A DNA stretch of 64,000 nucleotides. It comes from Armatimonadota bacterium (GTDB lineage Bacteria > Armatimonadota > SYMT01). The stretch spans positions 242,231 through 306,230 of the forward strand of contig JBKBRF010000003.1 of NCBI GenBank assembly GCA_046292385.1. The letters are read 5' to 3'. A model generated the notes under the pieces. That model had not been told where the DNA came from. It saw nothing but the letters and a program-made list of their open reading frames with translations, and did not search any database. A program made the position numbers and the translations under genes. Positions 58,061 through 64,000 of this stretch are shown here, piece after piece. Numbering within the stretch: position 1 is the first letter of the stretch; every line of letters begins with the position of its first letter.

Positions 58061-59388
58061 CGGCACCTTCCATCCGGAAGCGGGTCAGGCTCATCACGGC
58101 GGCGACGGTACTCGCCGCCGGGCTCCTCGGCGCCGCGGGGGCCGCCCGTGCGGAGACACCGCCGCCTCGCGACGAGCTGCTGCGCGCGCTGATCCCGAAG
58201 CCGACCGGCAAGAACGGGTACGAGGACTTCCTCCTCGCCGCCGACCGCGTGGAGACCACGAAGTTCTGGCGGCGGGATGTCTACCCGATCCCACTCTCGG
58301 ACTGCCGCACGATTCTGGAGAAGCCCGCAGCGAGGGAGGCGCTGATGCTGCTGCAGCGCGGGCTGCGGAAGCCAATCACCGTCCCGCCACCGCAACCGGA
58401 CTCCAGCGCCTACTACGATTCTTTCGGCAGCTTTCGGCAGCTCATGCGGCTGCTCGGGGTGAAGCTGCGACTCGCCATGGCGGAAGGACGCGCGGGCGAA
58501 GGGCTCGACATGGTGCTGCTCGGACTGCGGTTTAGCCGCGCGATCGACGATGGGACCTTCCAAGGCACTATCACCTCGGCGGGGTTGCGGACCATTATCA
58601 CGACCGTCTTCGTGGAGCACCTCGAGCAACTGAGCGCGGGCGATTGTGAAAGGCTGTACCGCGAGAGCGCGCCGTTCCTGGCCGGCGATTCGCTGGCTCC
58701 GAAACTGCTGCGGCGGGAGTGGCAAGAGGCGCAAGAGTCCCTCGGGGAACTCCGGCAGGCAATCCGCCGCCGCGGCGCTGCCGCGGTCCGTGACTTTGCA
58801 GAGGAGCACCTGTCGTTCGAAGCTCGGGACGTGGAGCCGGATCCGGACGACCCGGGCGCCCCGGAGCAGCCGGAAGAGCCGGAAGGCGTGCTCTTCTGGC
58901 GAGCCTTGCTGCAGCGCTACGGGAAGTCGCCCGCGGGAATGCTGCGGTTCGCCGACGACCTGGAGGCGCGGCTCCGGGAGCGCTCCCAAGAGCTGATCGC
59001 GGAGGTTGCGGAGCCGTGGCGGCAGGGCGTCCCGTCACTCGACCGGGAAGCAGCGGTGGAAGATCCCGCCGGCACCATCGTCGAGAAGATGCTCGGAATG
59101 GCTGACCATCTGTCGAGCCAGGTGGTCGAATGGGAGGTCCAGCACCACCTCTTCCTGATCCACCTGGCGCTGCTCCGCTACCGGTGGGAGCACGACCGAG
59201 TCCCGGATACGCTAGCCGAGCTGGCGCTGGGCGACCTCACCTTCGACCCGTTCACCGGGCTTGAGCTGAAGTACGAGCCGGTCGGCACCCGCGGCTTCCA
59301 GCTCTACAGCGCCGGGCCCTATACCCATCCGTACTTTGCGGAGACGCCCGGCGAGCGCCGGCGGATCTTCCTCCGACCGATCGACTGA
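58057..59388 (+). CDS. Exported protein, paralogue 4 of 4
   Basis: ATGA overlap with paralogue 3; PTGKNGYEDF; YRWEHDRVP..LAEL...DPFTG...F.L.SAGP. Confidence 0.82.
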   Translation: MTAPSIRKRVRLITAATVLAAGLLGAAGAARAETPPPRDELLRALIPKPTGKNGYEDFLLAADRVETTKFWRRDVYPIPLSDCRTILEKPAAREALMLLQRGLRKPITVPPPQPDSSAYYDSFGSFRQLMRLLGVKLRLAMAEGRAGEGLDMVLLGLRFSRAIDDGTFQGTITSAGLRTIITTVFVEHLEQLSAGDCERLYRESAPFLAGDSLAPKLLRREWQEAQESLGELRQAIRRRGAAAVRDFAEEHLSFEARDVEPDPDDPGAPEQPEEPEGVLFWRALLQRYGKSPAGMLRFADDLEARLRERSQELIAEVAEPWRQGVPSLDREAAVEDPAGTIVEKMLGMADHLSSQVVEWEVQHHLFLIHLALLRYRWEHDRVPDTLAELALGDLTFDPFTGLELKYEPVGTRGFQLYSAGPYTHPYFAETPGERRRIFLRPID

Positions 59389-59781
59389 ACCGATGCTTAC
59401 CGGAAGGCGAATCGGTGGGTGCCAGGCCGTTTGGATGCCGGCGTAATAGCTGCCGGGCGGGTGAAACCGCGGCAACCACGGCACGAAGTTTTATCCCCCG
59501 GACGGGGGACCGCCTTCGGGGACTGTGAAGCCCCCGTTTGGACGTCCGGAGGACGCTTGGCCGCAGGCCGTCCAGCGAGGTATTTCAATGCCTTGCGGCC
59601 CTCCGGATGCTCCGCCCGCTGGTCGTGGCGCACCGCACACTTTGACGAAAAAATGGCCGGCTCTTGCGGAGCCGGCCGAGAGTGCGAATGCAACGAGCTG
59701 CATGTCACTCTAGAAGACGACGCAGCCGGCCCGATCCGTGCGCCCATCGTACTGCGAAGATGTTGAGACTGGGACGCGGCG

Positions 59782-60720
59782 TCACGGTTGCCCCGAGAGG
59801 AACAGGGTTCCGAAGGCGAAGAGGGCGTGGAGCAGGCGGGCGAGGCAGGGCGCGAGGAGGTTGCCGGCGCGGCCGTAGAGCCACGCCAGCCCGAGGCCCA
59901 TCAGGAAGTAGCCGGGAAGATTGATCGGATCGAGCCGGCCGAGCGCGAACGCGGCGGCGGAGACCCACAGCCCCCACGCGGCGCGCTCGTGGGTGACGAA
60001 GCGCCCATAGAGGACCCCGCGGAAGAAGAGCTCCTCGACGAACGCCGGCACCGCGATCCCGAGCAGGACGAGCGGAATCCGCAGCGTGAGCGGCGCCCGC
60101 GCGAGCGCCTCCCACGGACCCGCGGCCGAAACCCCGGCCGCGGTGGCAAGGGGACCGATCGCCATCCCGTAGACGAGGCCGACGCTGGCGAGCAGCATCC
60201 CGGCGATGAGGCCGGCCACGACCGCGCGGCGGGTCCGGTGGGTGAAGAGGCCGGAGAGCCAGTCGCGCCCGCGGCGGGTGCGGCGCAGGCGCCAGAGCGC
60301 GACCGCGAGGTAGCCGGCCTGCGCCGTGAGCGAGAGGTAGACGAGCGCCAGCGACGCCACGTGGGCCGTCTCGGGGTGGCGCAGCAGCAGCGTGCGGCGA
60401 TCCTGCTCTACCCGGGCGCCGGCATAGCCCAGCTCCTCCCACGGGGGCTGCGTCTCCGGCGGGCGGACTCCGCGGCTGCGGATCCGCACCTCGATCCGCT
60501 CGCCCTCGCGAGCCGTGTCCGCGCCGAAGGCGCGCGGCTGCAGCCGCGCCCAGCCCTCGAGCGAGCTGTCGGCCGCGGGGAAGGCGGAGACGCGCGCGAT
60601 GAGCCGGCGCTCGCCCGGAAGCTGGTCCGCCAGCTTGAGCCAGATCGGCAGCACCAGCAGCAGGCCGAGCGCGAGCGCGAGCAGCAGGTCGAGCAGCGTC
60701 AGGTTCAGGAGCGGCAGCAC
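59782..60720 (-). CDS. CPBP/Abi (CAAX protease II)-family membrane protein, degenerate
   Basis: EELFFRG motif and multiple TM helices; the expected His motifs read FALGR and RLLHA. Confidence 0.78.
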   Translation of the reverse strand: MLPLLNLTLLDLLLALALGLLLVLPIWLKLADQLPGERRLIARVSAFPAADSSLEGWARLQPRAFGADTAREGERIEVRIRSRGVRPPETQPPWEELGYAGARVEQDRRTLLLRHPETAHVASLALVYLSLTAQAGYLAVALWRLRRTRRGRDWLSGLFTHRTRRAVVAGLIAGMLLASVGLVYGMAIGPLATAAGVSAAGPWEALARAPLTLRIPLVLLGIAVPAFVEELFFRGVLYGRFVTHERAAWGLWVSAAAFALGRLDPINLPGYFLMGLGLAWLYGRAGNLLAPCLARLLHALFAFGTLFLSGQP

Positions 60721-60764
60721 GGCTCCCGGGGCGGAGCGGGGGCGGCGTCCTTCGGCTCGAGGTG

Positions 60765-61964
60765 TCAGGATGCCGCCGCCTGCAGACTCTGCGCCGCCTC
60801 CAGCTCGGCTGAGTAGATCGCCTTCAGCCGGCCCGCGATCCCCTCGAATAGCTCCTGGCGGGCCTCCGGAGGGGTCGGCTCTCCTTCCGCGACGAGAGAC
60901 TCCTGCTGCGAGCGGAGCCGCTGCAGCTCCGGAAGCGCGTTCGGGTCTCCCGAGCGGAGCAGCCGGTGGCGCTCCTCGATCCCGGCGCGAATCCGCGAGA
61001 GCACCGGATGACTCTCCGGCAGGATCGCGGCGAAAAGGTCTCGCCAGCGCTGCTCCAGGTCGCGGTACTGCTCCGCGACACGGGCGAGCGCCGGTCGGTC
61101 GAGCTGAGAGGCCGCGTCATCCAGGAACGCCGCGTAGAGGCCGCGCAGGCCGCCGGTATCGCCCGATTCCTGGATCACGCTCTCGTAGAGCGTCCGCATG
61201 CCGTCCCGCAGGTGCCGCTCTTCCGCGAGGACGGTGGGCCAGCCTTTCTTGTCCTTCAGGTTCGCCGCCATCCCGCCCCACTTCTGCCAGGCGGTGACGC
61301 CGAAGTTCTTGATCGGCGGGTTCAGCATCTCGTGCGCGCACTGGCGGATCGCTTCCAGGGTCGCCTCGGCCAGCGCCGCCGGGGTGAGCGGCGCCGCGGG
61401 CGCGGAGAAGAGGAGCAGGCGGTTCTTGTTCGAGGTGATGACGGAGCGGGCGAACCGCAGCGTCTCCGCGGAGAGCTCCACCGGGGCGGCGCAGACGTCG
61501 TGGGCGTAGAAGGTATCGCCGTCGTGACCGAAGACGACCAGTCCGTAGACCAGCCCCTTCGCCAGCGATACGGGGAGCCCCCGGTGCGGCAGCGCCGCCT
61601 CCGCCGCCGTGACCCAGGCGGGCCGGCCGGCGTCGAGCGCCGCGCGGAGGTCGGCTTCCGCCTTCTTCACGCCGCCCGACTCGCAGATCTCCACGCCCAC
61701 TCCCAGGCGGGCGCAGACGGTCTCCGAGAACTCCCCCTTATACTTCTGCCAGTCGCGGCGGAAGCCGGTGACCACGTACTTCTCGCCGCACATCTCGAAC
61801 AGCATGTAGCCGCCGCCGATCCCACCGCCGAGACCGATCAGCGCTCCCTCCGTAAACGGCTCTCCGGTGCGGGGAGAGACCACCCCCAGGCCGGCGACGA
61901 TGTTGGCGAGACCGCCGGTCTCGAACTGAATGCCGGCGCGCGGAACGTAGCTCTCCACTTGCAC
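60765..61964 (-). CDS. BtrH N-terminal / DUF4872-like protein
   Basis: GLGGGIG.GY..F, A..ALDAGRP, VV.G.D; helical C-terminus with GGLR.LYA.FL; GGAGG RBS. Confidence 0.7.
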   Translation of the reverse strand: MQVESYVPRAGIQFETGGLANIVAGLGVVSPRTGEPFTEGALIGLGGGIGGGYMLFEMCGEKYVVTGFRRDWQKYKGEFSETVCARLGVGVEICESGGVKKAEADLRAALDAGRPAWVTAAEAALPHRGLPVSLAKGLVYGLVVFGHDGDTFYAHDVCAAPVELSAETLRFARSVITSNKNRLLLFSAPAAPLTPAALAEATLEAIRQCAHEMLNPPIKNFGVTAWQKWGGMAANLKDKKGWPTVLAEERHLRDGMRTLYESVIQESGDTGGLRGLYAAFLDDAASQLDRPALARVAEQYRDLEQRWRDLFAAILPESHPVLSRIRAGIEERHRLLRSGDPNALPELQRLRSQQESLVAEGEPTPPEARQELFEGIAGRLKAIYSAELEAAQSLQAAAS

Positions 61965-62088
61965 GTGTGATTCCTCCTACTCCACGTTGCCCGGAGCGCG
62001 CCTGATTCCCTGCCGGGCCGGCTACCGGCACTCTCGTGTCAGACGCGGCACCGATGGAGGAGAATAGCGTGCGAACTGGACCGCAGCG

Positions 62089-62190
62089 TTGCAGGTTAGC
62101 AGGTTGGCAGGTTGCAGGTTGTCTGCACGAGAGGCGGAGTTCCAAATCTGGAACCTGGAACCTGGAACCTGGAACCTGACAACTTGCAAA
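62089..62190. repeat. Inverted pair (GCAGGTT)n / (GGAACCT)n
   Basis: 62089-62121 versus 62148-62190, in a divergent intergenic region. Confidence 0.8.
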
Positions 62191-62242
62191 CAGGAACAGT
62201 GACGGTTGGTACGGCGGCGGGTGGGAAAGAAAGGGCAGGACC

Positions 62243-62530
62243 GTGAGAAAAGCCAGGCGCGGCAGCGCGGACCTGCGGATCACCGTGTTCGTGGAAGACG
62301 GCGCCGTGCTGGGCCGCATCACGGAGTTCACGGAGACGGGGGCGGTGGCGGTGATGGACGCGACGGTGCCGCTGTACGACCGGCTGGAGTTCACGCTGCA
62401 CGTGCCGGGAGGCGTCGTCTCCGGACAGGTGACGGCGCTCTCGTGCGACGGCCGGGACTACCGCCTCCAGTTCGCGGCGCTGAGCGACCGGGATCGCCAG
62501 CGGCTGGAGCCGTGGACGAGTCCGGCGTAA
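62243..62530 (+). CDS. Stand-alone PilZ-like domain protein
   Basis: RKARR (RxxxR), EFTETG (degenerate D/NxSxxG), beta-rich body, terminal helix. Confidence 0.6.
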   Translation: MRKARRGSADLRITVFVEDGAVLGRITEFTETGAVAVMDATVPLYDRLEFTLHVPGGVVSGQVTALSCDGRDYRLQFAALSDRDRQRLEPWTSPA

Positions 62531-62575
62531 GAGCCGATCCGGACCGGCTTGAAGAGATGAGCGGAGAGGGAACCG

Positions 62576-62863
62576 ATGGCTTCACAGACGGAGCTGCTGC
62601 CCCGCCCCGAGCTGGGCGATGAGGAGCGAACCGGGGGCGAGTGGATCGTCATCGTCCTCGATAACGACCACAATACCTGGGACGAGGTGATCCTGATCCT
62701 GCAGAAGGCGACCGGCTGCACGCTGGAGGAAGCTCAGATGGAGACCTGGGAGGTGCACCACCTCGGGCGCTCCATCGTCCACCACGCGGACCAGGAAGAA
62801 TGCGCCCGCGTCGCCGGCATCATCCGCACCATCGGCATCCAGGTCGAGGTCGAGCAGCTCTGA
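62576..62863 (+). CDS. clpS: Clp protease adaptor ClpS
   Basis: VIVLDNDHNTW.EV...A.....EVH..GRSIV. Confidence 0.85.
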   Translation: MASQTELLPRPELGDEERTGGEWIVIVLDNDHNTWDEVILILQKATGCTLEEAQMETWEVHHLGRSIVHHADQEECARVAGIIRTIGIQVEVEQL

Positions 62864-63052
62864 CGCGCCTGGAGACCGCGGCTGCAGGTGGTCCGGTTAC
62901 CAGTCTCAGGTTAGCCTCGGCTGGCCACGCGTAGAACCTGGGAGCCGGTAACCTGCAAACCGGAAACTTGCTCCCCCCGGAAACCGGCGGGAGAGGACAA
63001 CCGCGGGAGCGGCGCGAATGCTCTCCCGGAGTCCCCTTCCGGAGCCTATTTG

Positions 63053-63724
63053 ATGAGCGATTCTTCCCCACCGACACCGCCGCGCGACCTCAGCCTGGTC
63101 GACCGCCTGCAGGCGCTCTACACCGCCGTTGTCTCGGATGAGCTGGACAAGGCCGGGTACCGGTCCCAGGTGCTGCGTTCGGATATCCGCCCGCTGTTTC
63201 CGGAGGCGCGGTTCGCCGGCCTCGCCTTCACCGTCCACGCGGTCCCGGTCTTCTCCGTGCCGGCCGAGCCGTACAAGAAGGAGTTCGAGGCGGTCGATCA
63301 GCTCCAACCGGGCGACGTGCTGCTCGTCTCCCGCACGGAGGGCTCGTTCTGGGGCGAGCTGCTCTCCACCGCCGCCGGCCTGCGCGGTTGCCGCGGGGTG
63401 GTGGTCGACGGCTACGCCCGCGACACCCGCTCGATCATCGAGATGGGCTTCGCCACCTTCTGCCGGGGCATCCACGTGGCCGACTCGCTCGGGCGGCTCG
63501 ACGTGGTCGACTACAACTGTCCGATCGAGTGCGGAGACGTGCGCGTGGCGCCGGGCGACCTGGTGCTGGGCGATTACGACGGCGTGGTGGTGGTCCCGCA
63601 GGGGATCGCGGAAGAGATCATCACCCGGGCGGAAGAGAAGATGCGCGGCGAGGACCTGGTGCGGGACCACCTGCGGCAGGGCATGACCGTCACCGAAGCG
63701 TACCGGCGCTTCGGGGTGATGTAG
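63053..63724 (+). CDS. RraA/HMG-aldolase family protein
   Basis: VSD.LD, G.AFTV, WGEL...A...G..G.VVDG..RD, V.PGD.V.GD.DGVVVVP. Confidence 0.88.
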   Translation: MSDSSPPTPPRDLSLVDRLQALYTAVVSDELDKAGYRSQVLRSDIRPLFPEARFAGLAFTVHAVPVFSVPAEPYKKEFEAVDQLQPGDVLLVSRTEGSFWGELLSTAAGLRGCRGVVVDGYARDTRSIIEMGFATFCRGIHVADSLGRLDVVDYNCPIECGDVRVAPGDLVLGDYDGVVVVPQGIAEEIITRAEEKMRGEDLVRDHLRQGMTVTEAYRRFGVM

Positions 63725-63753
63725 CGGCGGACGGAGGAGACCGGGCATACCTG

Positions 63754-64000
63754 ATGAGTGAGACGAACGAGCCCCAGCGCTCCCTCTCCGCCGCCGAGCC
63801 GACCAGCGAGCTGCGGCGGATCTCGATCCATGAGAACGGCGAGCCGCTGGTCGATTTCATGGAGCTCTGCCCCGCGCTCTGCTGGGTCTCCCGCCACCCG
63901 GTCTTTGACTACGAGCGGTTCCGGCTGCTGCGCCGCACGCCGACCGAGATGCTGGCCTGCGCGCAGGAGCGGCTCCCGCAGGGCATCCGGCTGGCGGTGG
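63754..64000 (+). CDS. Probable M15-family D-Ala-D-Ala dipeptidase (3'-truncated by window edge)
   Basis: I.ENGEPLV...LR.....L..AQ..LP.G.RL.V N-terminal pattern; the catalytic motifs lie outside the window. Confidence 0.55.
   Translation, partial: MSETNEPQRSLSAAEPTSELRRISIHENGEPLVDFMELCPALCWVSRHPVFDYERFRLLRRTPTEMLACAQERLPQGIRLAV

Overview
High-GC bacterial chromosomal window, probably from the Armatimonadota. This is an inference from the 'FPVFAQAREKAR' prepilin/H-X9-DG protein and the general gene style, not a computed assignment. Bases 1-18.1 kb hold the S10-spc-alpha ribosomal superoperon (rplB through rpsI, with secY, adk, map, rpoA and truA). It has several oddities: L22 carries an N-terminal degenerate copy of the S3 KH domain, an EF-G paralogue is inserted between rplE and rpsN, L17 has a ~40-aa basic insertion, and infA is missing between map and rpmJ. 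The rest of the window mixes housekeeping and accessory genes. Housekeeping genes are an NlpC/P60 hydrolase, argC/argJ/argB, tsaE-tsaB-rimI-tsaD, lysA, a DAHP synthase, pepP, pntAB, feoAAB and clpS. Accessory genes are three tandem small membrane/coiled-coil paralogues, an orphan NuoEF-like flavoprotein, three exported hydrolases, an AAA-ATPase plus frameshifted DUF3226-like pair, a DUF1559-type prepilin gene, four tandem exported paralogues with pseudopilin-like C-termini, and small stress genes with SigB/SigF-like promoters. Many intergenic spacers contain paired, mutually inverted 7-8-nt tandem repeats and MITE/REP-like elements. I saw no tRNA, rRNA, CRISPR array or transposase. All family calls are by eye from motifs; no searches were run.
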